Of a DNA stretch of 64,000 nucleotides, positions 1 to 8,249 are shown one piece after another (the stretch's first letter is position 1; each line of letters begins with the position of its first letter). The notes beneath the pieces are model-generated. The model did not search any database. It was not told the DNA's origin and worked only from the letters and a program-made list of their open reading frames with translations. Both the position numbers and the translations under genes were made by a program. Source of the stretch: Deltaproteobacteria bacterium (GTDB lineage: Bacteria > Desulfobacterota > Binatia > Bin18); the NCBI GenBank assembly GCA_009692435.1, contig SHZE01000002.1:8795-72794 (forward strand). Reading direction: 5' to 3'.

Positions 1-396
1 GTAATGGTAGCGTCCCAAGAGGGAATCGCCGCCACGACGATAGACATCAAGCCGGGCACTGCCAGTGACGACGAAATTCTGCTCTGGCGGGCGCGTATCA
101 TATAAGCCTTTGATCCAGCGCTTCCACTTCGGGAATTTGTGCAGTTCATCAAACGCGACCAGCGCGGCGTCGCGCGGCCAGCGTTTCTTCAGAATGATCC
201 GCCGGTCATCATCCGCGTCCCAATTCAGGTAGGTCCCGCGCTCCGCGAAATGATCGCTCAGTAAGGTGCGCACGAGCGTCGTTTTCCCGCACTGGCGCGG
301 CCCACCGATAAACACCATCTTTTTGGCGAGATCATTGAGCACGTCAGCGGCGAGGTACCGAGGCGGCTGTTTTGCAGCGTACTGGAAAGTAGCCAT
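1..396 (-). CDS. AAA+ ATPase of the AAA_14/DUF4143 (COG1373-like) family, N-terminal 132 codons; remainder lies beyond the window start
   Basis: Open at the window edge, so absent from the ORF track. Own translation from minus-strand ATG 396..394: MATFQYAAKQPPRYL...MVFIGGPRQCGKTTLVRTLL...FDELHKFPKWKRWIKGLYD...VVTGSARLDVYRRGGDSLLGRYHY. Walker A is GPRQCGKTT. Paralog of 12027..13205. Confidence 0.8.
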   Translation of the reverse strand, partial: MATFQYAAKQPPRYLAADVLNDLAKKMVFIGGPRQCGKTTLVRTLLSDHFAERGTYLNWDADDDRRIILKKRWPRDAALVAFDELHKFPKWKRWIKGLYDTRPPEQNFVVTGSARLDVYRRGGDSLLGRYHY

Positions 397-722
397 GACC
401 ATTCTCCAGTACGCTGGAAAATAGCCAGGGGCAAGTGTGGTCGAGAGATAGGACGGTCGCTGCTGGACCTCACGGCTTCAGGTCCGCTCTCTCCTCGTGG
501 GCAAGAGACAGCGAGAGAGGGGGTGCGCGGCGTGCGATGCCTGTCAAAGTTTGTGCCACTGCACACAGGTACGAATCACGTTTTTCCGCGCGGGCAGCAC
601 TGCCCGCGCTCCATAACGGTGCCGGAGACCTCCGACTTTTCGGCCCCATTTATGGGGCGTTGTAGCGTAGCCTGGTGATTGATCGCCGGGCGATGGTGGT
701 CGTGTTGAGCACTTCGCTATCC

Positions 723-1211
723 CTATCCTGAAAAGGGTTTCAATCTCGACACGAGGCTCACCCCCGCCTCATTCTCCTCCTCCCCAGCCAGCAAATTCCG
801 CAGACACACATACCCAGTATTTCGCAGATCGCTATCCTGGCTGGTCGCCAGTGGCAGAACGAGTTGTATCGCTTGCGCTCTCTCTTGTTGTGGATGGACG
901 GACAATTGCCCCAACGCCTGAGCGGCTGCGAAGCGAACAGCCTCAAAGAAATCGTTGGCCAGTTCTTACGCGAGGCGGATCAACTCCGGACTCTTCCCAC
1001 TACCGACATGGCCAGTGAGCGGCCCTTTGTACGGTTTCAGCTGCCCTACGCTATCTTGCAAGCTCAGTTTGAGAAGCTGGACGATACTGCGGGTCTCATC
1101 GTTTTCCTTGCGATCAACAAAAAAACGGGCGACCTCTTCGGGGCGGACTTGACCGACCGGGTTGAAATCGTTGGTGAGTGACTGCCAAGATTGCTCTTCA
1201 GATTTCAGCAT
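723..1211 (-). pseudogene. Possible HEAT-repeat-like gene interrupted by an in-frame TAA; coding status and strand uncertain
   Basis: ORFs 966..1211 and 723..914 share one minus-strand frame, separated by TAA at 966..968 (...SPELIRLA*ELANDFFEAVRFAAAQALGQLSV...). The second half looks HEAT/PBS-lyase-like. A plus-strand ORF 864..1181 with similar GC3 competes. Confidence 0.3.
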
Positions 1212-1291
1212 ACGTCTCAGCCTTTCTTCGCGATCTCCTGTTCAGTTTCACATAAAGAGCACGAAGTTGATCGTCAATCCTCACCACGCCA

Positions 1292-1723
1292 TCAACTCAC
1301 CAACAATGCCACACCCAGGACAATCAGCACCGTTCCGACTACATCATACGTAGAGACGCGCTCCATTTCCTTGAGCCAGAAGTGACTGAGTGTCAACGTC
1401 ACCAGCGGGGCCGCCGCGGTCAGCGGTGCCACGATGGCGGCGGGAATGAGTTGCAGCGCGGCGAAAAAGCTGAACACTCCCAGGGTCGAAAACAAGCCGG
1501 ACAGCGCGAAATACCACCCCACCCACCGGGGCATCTTGAACAAGTCACTAGCCTGACCAGTCCCGAAAAAATAGACGATATACACGACCGTGCTCGCCAG
1601 CATGCCGATGCAGGCACCCAGGATCGGCTCATTACTAATGCGTAAGCCCATTTTGACCATCACGGGATTGGTGCTGTAACACAACGCGGCGAGCAAGGGA
1701 TAGAACAAATCGCGTGGATTCAT
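1292..1723 (-). CDS. Half-size EamA-domain (DMT superfamily) membrane transporter subunit
   Basis: 143 aa, about 5 hydrophobic segments. EamA-like C-terminal pattern ...LQLIPAAIVAPLTAAAPLVTLTLSHFWLKEMERVSTYDVVGTVLIVLGVALLV. 4-nt overlap with the upstream EamA gene. Confidence 0.8.
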   Translation of the reverse strand: MNPRDLFYPLLAALCYSTNPVMVKMGLRISNEPILGACIGMLASTVVYIVYFFGTGQASDLFKMPRWVGWYFALSGLFSTLGVFSFFAALQLIPAAIVAPLTAAAPLVTLTLSHFWLKEMERVSTYDVVGTVLIVLGVALLVS

Positions 1724-2151
1724 GCGCGTCGCTGTCCGGTCAAGACCACAATGCCCCCCACGATGCTGACGATGCCGAATAGGATTTTGAGCGTGATTTG
1801 CTCGCGAAGGAACACAGCGGCGAGGATCGTGGTGAACAACGGAGAGGCGTTAATGAGCGGCGTGGCGCGAGCCGCGCCGAGGCGTGCAACCCCGATGTAA
1901 TTGAACAGTCTACCCAAACAAGGGCCGGTGATGCCCACCGCGGCGAACCACAACGCCGCCGGCGGGGTAACGACTTCCATGACCGCATGGGGATGCAACA
2001 GAAACACCGCCACGAGCAGTGGAAAACTCGCGAGCAAGCCCACAACCACGGCGACCGACGCACTGGCATGTGGCAAGCCTTTCCGCACCAAAATAGGAAT
2101 CGACCCCCACAACGCCGCGGACAGCAGCGCTAACCCCTCACCGTAAAACAT
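1720..2151 (-). CDS. Half-size EamA-domain (DMT superfamily) membrane transporter subunit
   Basis: The ORF 1720..2388 reads through the heptamer repeat (HSSLFTL repeats). The plausible start is Met80 (ATG 2151..2149): MFYGEGLALLSAALWGSIPILVRKGL...ARATPLINASPLFTTILAAVFLREQITLKILFGIVSIVGGIVVL. Confidence 0.75.
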   Translation of the reverse strand: MFYGEGLALLSAALWGSIPILVRKGLPHASASVAVVVGLLASFPLLVAVFLLHPHAVMEVVTPPAALWFAAVGITGPCLGRLFNYIGVARLGAARATPLINASPLFTTILAAVFLREQITLKILFGIVSIVGGIVVLTGQRRA

Positions 2152-2192
2152 CGGGGCAGGGTACAGGGGATGGGAGGACCGGGGAAGGGGAG

Positions 2193-2297
2193 AGTGAAGA
2201 GTGAAGAGTGAAGAGTGAAGAGTGAAGAGTGAAGAGTGAAGAGTGAAGAGTGAAGAGTGAAGAGTGAAGAGTGAAGAGTGAAGAGTGAAGAGTGAAA
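2193..2297. repeat. Tandem heptanucleotide repeat (AGTGAAG)n: 14 perfect copies plus 1 imperfect
   Basis: Direct count: perfect 7-nt register from 2193 to 2290, last unit AGTGAAA. Lies 42 nt upstream of the EamA start on the minus strand, where it reads (CTTCACT)n. Confidence 0.95.
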
Positions 2298-2404
2298 AAG
2301 GATGCACTCTGGGAACAGCCGTATCGCCTGGATGGAACGGGGTGGCATTTTTCCCGCCACTTGCACCGTTCCCCCAGTAGACATTCACTTCATACTCTTT
2401 TCGT

Positions 2405-2445
2405 CTTCACTTTTGCCTTTTGCCTTTTGCCTTTTGATTTTCGCC
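2405..2445 (-). repeat. Stop-proximal simple-sequence element, family E (CTTCAC-(TTTTGCC)3-TTTTGAT-TTTCGCC)
   Basis: Seen directly. It begins 5 nt after the HD-GYP stop (2451..2453) in transcript sense. A near-identical core, CTTCATTTTTGCCTTTTGATTTTT, lies at 54675..54698 just after the stop of the 54700..55890 gene. Confidence 0.8.
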
Positions 2446-2450
2446 GCCTC

Positions 2451-3608
2451 CTACGGATCGTAGCCGGGAATTTGGGATTCATCGACCGTGTCTATCCGCG
2501 CAGGGTCGAGCACTTGATTGGCGTACTCAAGGTAGATTTTTTCACGCACGAACACGTCGAACAGATCGGGGTCAATATGCCCGTTCAATTTGAATTTGCC
2601 GAGTATGTGAAGCGATTCGGTCAGCGTCTTGCCTTTTTTGTACGGACGGTCGGCCGCGGTGAGCGCCTCAAAAATATCGGCGATCCCCATCACGCGAGCC
2701 TGCACCGACATTTGCTCGCGCGTGAGGCCGCGCGGATAGCCCTTGCCGTCCATGCGCTCATGATGACCACCAGCATATTCGGGCACGTTTTTCAGGTGTT
2801 TCGGCCAGGGCAAGGATTCAAGCATCTTGATGGTGACCACGATGTGGTGGTTGATGATCTCGCGCTCCCGCGCCGTCAGAGTGCCCGCCTTGATGCAGAG
2901 GTTGTCGATTTCATCTTCGGAGAGAAACGGAGCCTCCTTGCCGTCGACATCGCGCCAGGTGTAGCCCGTGCCTATGCGTCTGACGCGCTCCCGCAGTTCC
3001 GGCGCCATGGATTCACCGCCGGTATTGTGCCGACGCAGGAATTCCCGATCTTCGTCTATTCTCTTCATGCGCTCCTGAAACTCGGCCTCCAACCTGGCTA
3101 TGGTTTTGGGATCGCCGCCTGCTCCTAGCTTGGCTTGCAGAAACGCGATTTCGGCATCGCGCTTCACTACCTCAAAGCGTGTATCCACCAAATGAATACG
3201 ATCAAAAATGGTTTGCAGCTTGGTGGCCTTATCAACTACATGCACAGGGGCGGTGACTTTGCCGCAGTCGTGCAGCGCGGCGTAGGTCACTACCATGGAG
3301 TTATTCGGCGCGCCGGTGTCATCAACCAGCCGAATAGGAGAAAACGGGATCGCCACCCCACTGCTGCCCCCCATGGCAATGTTGAGCGAGTCGGTGCGCA
3401 CGATCTCAAACTTCAAGATACGCTCGCCATCGATTTCCTGTATCACATACAGCGTGCCGCCATCCGCGTTGGTGAGACCTTTGGCGGCGGCCAGAATGAC
3501 TTCCAGCAGGCGGGTCATATCGCGTTCCTGTGACAACGCGGCGCCAATCGCGTTAAGCTCTTCGAGCCGTCTCAGTAAGTCGTCCGCGGTTAACACGTTT
3601 GCGGTCAT
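2451..3608 (-). CDS. GAF-like plus HD-GYP domain phosphohydrolase (putative c-di-GMP phosphodiesterase)
   Basis: Motifs LHDCGKV ... INHHIVVTIKML ... GGHHERMDGKGYPRGL ... GIADIFEALTAADRPYKK. The ORF's N-terminal 44 codons read through a repeat, so the likely start is MTANVL (ATG 3608). Confidence 0.85.
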   Translation of the reverse strand: MTANVLTADDLLRRLEELNAIGAALSQERDMTRLLEVILAAAKGLTNADGGTLYVIQEIDGERILKFEIVRTDSLNIAMGGSSGVAIPFSPIRLVDDTGAPNNSMVVTYAALHDCGKVTAPVHVVDKATKLQTIFDRIHLVDTRFEVVKRDAEIAFLQAKLGAGGDPKTIARLEAEFQERMKRIDEDREFLRRHNTGGESMAPELRERVRRIGTGYTWRDVDGKEAPFLSEDEIDNLCIKAGTLTAREREIINHHIVVTIKMLESLPWPKHLKNVPEYAGGHHERMDGKGYPRGLTREQMSVQARVMGIADIFEALTAADRPYKKGKTLTESLHILGKFKLNGHIDPDLFDVFVREKIYLEYANQVLDPARIDTVDESQIPGYDP

Positions 3609-3620
3609 CACATGTCCGGC

Positions 3621-3714
3621 AAGGGAAAACGAAACGGGGAAACGGGGAACATGTTTTTTTCCTTCTTCGTCCCCGATTCTCCCCGTCTCCGGTTCTCCGA
3701 TTCTGTTTTCCCCC
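3621..3714 (-). repeat. Stop-proximal imperfect purine/pyrimidine hairpin, family B
   Basis: Starts 1 nt after the VWA gene stop (3715..3717). Contains TCTCCGGTTCTCCGATTC (3686..3703), whose exact reverse complement occurs at 35723..35740. GGGAAAAC (3623-30) pairs with GTTTTCCC (3706-13). Confidence 0.75.
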
Positions 3715-6357
3715 CTACGTGAGAGGACCAAAAAAGACACGAACCGCGATGTCGCTCAACAGGAGGAACAACGCGATGGTAATGAGAGCGCCGTCGAGGG
3801 GATGGAGGAGTTTCTTTTGTCCTTCGCGTTTTTGCGACACAAGTTCTTGCAGGTCTGGGTCGATACTGCCCCCAGTGCCATCCGCCAATGCCCGCAAGAG
3901 ATCGCGGTTCGGATATTGTTGCCGATACTCATCCAGGGACTCTCCAGGCAGGCGGCTGACCATGACCGTCTCATTCTTCTGGTTGACCACTTGCCCATCT
4001 TTCCGTTTCAGTAAGACCACCGAGAAACTTCCCTGCCGTTTCCCTGGGATCGTCGCTTCATAGACACGGGGGGCGACTGGCAACAGTGTTAATTCGTCGC
4101 TCTGAGCGCCACGCGGCAGACGGACCTGCAACAGATTGTCTTGCTCGGTATCGTAGGACTCGGCTTGCAAGATGGTCCGATCTCCCCGTTGGTAGGCACT
4201 GAGTCGATAGTCCCACGGGGTCTCATCACGAATCGCCCACCGCACCGCCTGTGACCAAAATTTGCTAAACCCATCCCACTGAATCCATTCAATGGAACTC
4301 CCGCCACTGGGATCGAACGCCACGACGACCACCTTGCCCAAACCATATTGCCAGGTGGCGAGCAGTGGATCGTGATCCTTGTGGACATCCGTATACAACT
4401 GCACTTCGGCCCCATCCTTGGCTGTGGTCAGCATGTATTCATCAAGGGGCGGAAACTCGGTGAGCCCACTCAGGATCTGCCCTCGTTCGCCGATCTTGGG
4501 CACGATTTCCTTGGGGTCCTCGCTCTCATCATCGTTTTCTCGCATGACTTGCTTGGTGTCCTTGATGAGCAGTTGGGGCAGCATCTCCACATCCTCGACG
4601 TGATAGAAGCGTCCCCCAGTGCGGTTCGACATATCGGAGAGCAGTTGCAGGTTCACGGTATCGGCGCCGATGCGGATGGTGGTGAGCGTGATTTGCCGTT
4701 GGGCGACGGTGGCCACCAGCGGATAGTGGTCGGCCGCCGCGCGATTAGAGTCACCATCGGTAATGAGAATAATATGGCGGATGGCGCCGCGGGCTTGACT
4801 CAATTGATCGGCGGCCGTCTGGAGGGCTCCGTAAAAATCCGTCCCCCCACCATACTGGAGACGCGCGATTTTGTTGGTGAGATCAGCGCGATTCTCAGAG
4901 AGCCGGAGCAAAGGGGAGAGCACGTAGGGCTCGGAATCGAACGCGATGGCCCCAGCATAATCGGTGTCCTTGAGTTGAGTGAGCAGTTCCGTCGCCGCTT
5001 TTTGGGCATAGACCATCTTCTGCCCATCATGGAGACCCCGCACTTTGCTGTTGTAGCCCATGCTGTTCGAGCGATCGATGATAATGAAGAGCGCGATCGG
5101 TGTCCGTTTCTTCTTCTTCGGGCGCTGTTCGTGAAAGGTGACCGGCAGCACCCGCTCAATCGTGGTGTTTTTATAGTTCAAGTCGCCAAAGGCACGCATC
5201 CCGCCAGCCATGATGAAGCCACCACCGAAATCGCGCACGTAGGATTCAACGGTGGACATCTGCTGTTGGGTAATCCCGCCACGTCCCACATCATCGAACA
5301 CCAGACAGTTATATTCGAGCAGATCCGAGAGTTGCGACGGCAGCCCCTCGGGACGACGGAACTCGACTTCCACTTCCTTCATCTTCAAGGCACGAGCTAA
5401 ATGCGTTTTCTGGTTGTCGGTAATAACCAAGGCGCGGACTTTTCCCGTCACCGAGACGTTGGCGTTTTGTTGATTGTTACCGGCGATGGTATCCGGGGAG
5501 GCTTTGATCTGCCCACGCAGCAAATAGGTACCACGTTGAGAAATTTGCGCGGGCACCTCGAACACCGACAAGCCCGGAGCGATAGTGATGTTTTGTTGGG
5601 TGAGCGACTGGTCATTCGCCAACACCGTCAGTTGTCCGGGCAGGGTCTTGTCGTTGCCGTTGCGGACAACAAGGCGTAGCGTAAACGCACTGCCCTCACG
5701 CACCAGCGGGGGAGCAACAAATTTTTCCAGCGAGACTTCCGGATGTTGGCCACTCGGCGGAATCACTGGAAAGATTTTGACCCCCATCCGGCGCGCCAGG
5801 GCGATATGCCGCTTGGCTATCCCTTGGGTTTCATTGCCATCCGTCAGGAGGAGCAGACGTTTCTCTCCTCCTTCCGGGTAAAGGGCAAAGGCACGTTCCA
5901 AAGCGCGAGCGATGTTGGTCTCCCCCCCCTGCCCTTCTGGGGTCGCGGGCAACGGGGTCCGCGACACAGAAGAAGAGGGAGGGCCGGGCGGAATCAACAC
6001 CTGCGCATCGGCGGCGAAGGTCAGGACGGAAAACTCATCGGCGGGTTCCAACGTTTGCGTAAGTCGGGTGAGATATTCCTGCATCCACGCACGGCCTTCA
6101 CTGGCCACACTGTCTGACACATCAATGGCCGCGACCAGCGCGAGCTTATGCTCGGAAAGAATCGTTTGCCAACTCAATCCCGCCAGCGCCGCCGCCAGAA
6201 GCACCACACCGAGGGTACGGAGTACCGCAGCAATGGCCAGCGCCCCACGCCGTTGTTGCCACAGTAGTGGCGCCCACAGCAGGGGGAGAAGCGCCAGCAA
6301 CCACAGCCACTCTGGGGTGAGCAGGAGGTACGTCGTCCCCAAAAATTCGTAGGTCAT
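3715..6357 (-). CDS. Large membrane-anchored protein with two VWA domains and a GATase1-like middle domain (Bat-operon type)
   Basis: N-terminal TM segments. VWA 1 has VAAIDVSDSV...LLLLTDGNETQG and VWA 2 has IIIDRSNSMG...GGGTDFYGAL...ILITDGDSN. The likely start MTYEFL (ATG 6357) makes an ATGA overlap with the upstream stop. Confidence 0.85.
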   Translation of the reverse strand: MTYEFLGTTYLLLTPEWLWLLALLPLLWAPLLWQQRRGALAIAAVLRTLGVVLLAAALAGLSWQTILSEHKLALVAAIDVSDSVASEGRAWMQEYLTRLTQTLEPADEFSVLTFAADAQVLIPPGPPSSSVSRTPLPATPEGQGGETNIARALERAFALYPEGGEKRLLLLTDGNETQGIAKRHIALARRMGVKIFPVIPPSGQHPEVSLEKFVAPPLVREGSAFTLRLVVRNGNDKTLPGQLTVLANDQSLTQQNITIAPGLSVFEVPAQISQRGTYLLRGQIKASPDTIAGNNQQNANVSVTGKVRALVITDNQKTHLARALKMKEVEVEFRRPEGLPSQLSDLLEYNCLVFDDVGRGGITQQQMSTVESYVRDFGGGFIMAGGMRAFGDLNYKNTTIERVLPVTFHEQRPKKKKRTPIALFIIIDRSNSMGYNSKVRGLHDGQKMVYAQKAATELLTQLKDTDYAGAIAFDSEPYVLSPLLRLSENRADLTNKIARLQYGGGTDFYGALQTAADQLSQARGAIRHIILITDGDSNRAAADHYPLVATVAQRQITLTTIRIGADTVNLQLLSDMSNRTGGRFYHVEDVEMLPQLLIKDTKQVMRENDDESEDPKEIVPKIGERGQILSGLTEFPPLDEYMLTTAKDGAEVQLYTDVHKDHDPLLATWQYGLGKVVVVAFDPSGGSSIEWIQWDGFSKFWSQAVRWAIRDETPWDYRLSAYQRGDRTILQAESYDTEQDNLLQVRLPRGAQSDELTLLPVAPRVYEATIPGKRQGSFSVVLLKRKDGQVVNQKNETVMVSRLPGESLDEYRQQYPNRDLLRALADGTGGSIDPDLQELVSQKREGQKKLLHPLDGALITIALFLLLSDIAVRVFFGPLT

Positions 6358-8237
6358 GCGGTCCTCATACGGGAATAGCGCCACATGGCATACAACCATT
6401 CGAGGAGTAACACGAGCGCGGCCCCGTAATACAGAGGCCGTCCGAATTCGCGCGGCACCCTGCGGGTGAGTTCTTGTGGTGCCGTCGGTAGCTTGGTGAC
6501 GGGGGCCACCTTCGTAGCGCCCTCTTCACGTCGGGCAATATCGGATTCAGCTTCATCGAAAAGGTTGGCATACAAAATGGTGCGATAGCGGCTGCCGTCC
6601 AGGCGGTATTCACCGATTTGATCGACTTCGACGGTATCAGTTTCAAGTGTTTGCTCCTCTCCACGTGGAGGACGGAGTCGGAGGGAATCAGGAGCGGTGC
6701 CGGGCGGCAGGAAAAATGCCTCTCCGGTCGAGACGAGTTGAGGGATCGCCGGGTCTGGGGGTAATAGCCAGCGCAGCGTGTTGAGGAACAGCAGCAGCAA
6801 CGTCAGGTTGTCGGAATTCGTGAGGTTGCCTTTGTTGAGATCAAAGGCGAGACAGACCACCCGATGGCCGTCCTTTTCGCCGGTCAGCGCCAACGGCACT
6901 TCGCTGGTTTTGGTGCGCGACGAGATTAACACCTGCGCCCACGGCGGCAGCGCCAACACGCGGGCTTTTTTCAGCGGGAGTGCTTCAACATAGCGCAGGT
7001 TGCGCAGCAGGTCGTGCTCTTGTCGCCAGTCGAGAATGCTGAGGTCCGCCGCTTCCGCGATCACGGGGAACAACGGATTGTTGGGCGGGGGGAACACATA
7101 CAGACTATTCACCGCGACCGTCGCGCTCGGGACGAACTGGTGGAACAGGGCCACATCTTGTGGGTTCAGCCTCGTGGAAAAAAACTCCTCGGGCGTGATG
7201 GCGGTAATCGCGAGGCCAGGAATCGACTCACTCACGCGGGTTAATTCCTCGTGCAGGGTTTTCACCGGGGATACGACCACGAGTCGCCGTAGCGAGCGTT
7301 CCGCCAACCACGACAGGGCCTGATTATCAAGCGCGAGCGCGTCGCTCGGCTCGATCTTCGCCGTGAGTTTCCCCGCATGTTCGAACCCTTTCATCGAAAA
7401 CGACGCCGCTTCTCGCGCGGCCAGCGTGAACTCCTTTTGGAAAACTGACTTGTTGTCCAGTTGTAACGTCAGCGTCCCCTTCTTGGGTCGAGAAGCATAG
7501 TTGCGCACGAGCATATACGCCTGGGCCTGAGAGTAGGTCTGAAAAGGGTTCTGGTAGAGATGGAACGCGGCCAGGGCGACGTTGTCGTCGTTCTTCCCGA
7601 CACGGTGATAGACAAGCTCTTGCACCTGTTCTTGCGGCAAACTGAGCGTGCTCCGTGGGAGGTCGGTGAACACATGCACCTGCCCTCGGCGTCCGTCACG
7701 ACCTCGTTGCGCCAACGCCAGCTCCACTCCCAAATCGAGATTCGTGCTCGTATCCACGGGTTGGAGCATCTCTAGCAGATGCAGCACCAGCAAGTGGTCA
7801 CTGGTTAAACCGCTCACGATTTGTGGACGGGTACTAATGCTAATCACCATGGATTCGTCCAGCGGACCAAGCGATTGCATGACCTGTTTGGCTTCATCCA
7901 GCGCGAGGTCAAACCGACTGCTCCGTCCCTCGCGCGCCTGCATGCTGGCCGAGGCATCAATCACAAGAATATGACGATTGCCATGCGTTTCGGTGACGGT
8001 CTGTGAGCGATAGGGACGCAAGAGGCCACCAATCAGGAGGAGGAGCAGAAGGGCTTGAGCAAAGAAGAGCAGGTCGGGGAGAAAGCGACGAATGCGGGCT
8101 TTGTCCTCTGGCACGGCATGCCAAAAGAGCAGCGAGGGTACTTCGATCCGCTGACGCCAGCGTTCACGCAAGTAAATAAGGACGAGAATCCCAAGCAGGG
8201 TGAGGAGCGGCAGCGCGGCCGGATTGAGAATGCCCAT
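6354..8237 (-). CDS. BatA-like protein: N-terminal double-TM aerotolerance-regulator domain plus VWA domain
   Basis: MGILNPAALPLLTLLGILVLIYLRE... followed by HILVIDASASMQAREG. Position is immediately downstream of the DUF58 gene. Confidence 0.8.
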   Translation of the reverse strand: MGILNPAALPLLTLLGILVLIYLRERWRQRIEVPSLLFWHAVPEDKARIRRFLPDLLFFAQALLLLLLIGGLLRPYRSQTVTETHGNRHILVIDASASMQAREGRSSRFDLALDEAKQVMQSLGPLDESMVISISTRPQIVSGLTSDHLLVLHLLEMLQPVDTSTNLDLGVELALAQRGRDGRRGQVHVFTDLPRSTLSLPQEQVQELVYHRVGKNDDNVALAAFHLYQNPFQTYSQAQAYMLVRNYASRPKKGTLTLQLDNKSVFQKEFTLAAREAASFSMKGFEHAGKLTAKIEPSDALALDNQALSWLAERSLRRLVVVSPVKTLHEELTRVSESIPGLAITAITPEEFFSTRLNPQDVALFHQFVPSATVAVNSLYVFPPPNNPLFPVIAEAADLSILDWRQEHDLLRNLRYVEALPLKKARVLALPPWAQVLISSRTKTSEVPLALTGEKDGHRVVCLAFDLNKGNLTNSDNLTLLLLFLNTLRWLLPPDPAIPQLVSTGEAFFLPPGTAPDSLRLRPPRGEEQTLETDTVEVDQIGEYRLDGSRYRTILYANLFDEAESDIARREEGATKVAPVTKLPTAPQELTRRVPREFGRPLYYGAALVLLLEWLYAMWRYSRMRTA

Positions 8238-8249
8238 AGTCCGTACTTT

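Noticed and set aside
588-609. The GC-rich hairpin GCGCGGGCAG..CTGCCCGCGC downstream of the 723..1211 locus was considered as a terminator.
   Set aside because: The T run lies on the wrong side (5' of the stem on the plus strand, and an A run 3' on the minus strand), so it does not fit an intrinsic terminator for either direction.
2193-2297. Tandem repeat arrays here and at 54524-54605 and 2411-2445 were considered as possible CRISPR arrays.
   Set aside because: The units are 7-14 nt with no unique spacers, and there are no cas genes. These are microsatellite or minisatellite-type repeats.
2297-2385. The spacer upstream of the small transporter genes contains GGCGGGAAAAATGCC and a GGAACGG...CCGTTCC hairpin. 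This was considered as a guanidine (ykkC-type) riboswitch, since such riboswitches often precede small efflux genes.
   Set aside because: The other conserved ykkC blocks (CTAGGGTTCCG, GGTCCGAGAG) and the mini-ykkC ACGR loops are absent. The resemblance is limited to one short segment.
2152-2388. Long N-terminal extensions appear in the ORF track (1720..2388, 2451..3740, 30263..31708, 31644.., 22181..23323, 19047..20003, 49792..50889, 59369..60307).
   Set aside because: The extensions translate simple repeats or overlap the upstream gene. Internal starts with better RBS or context, and with homolog-like N-termini, were used instead.
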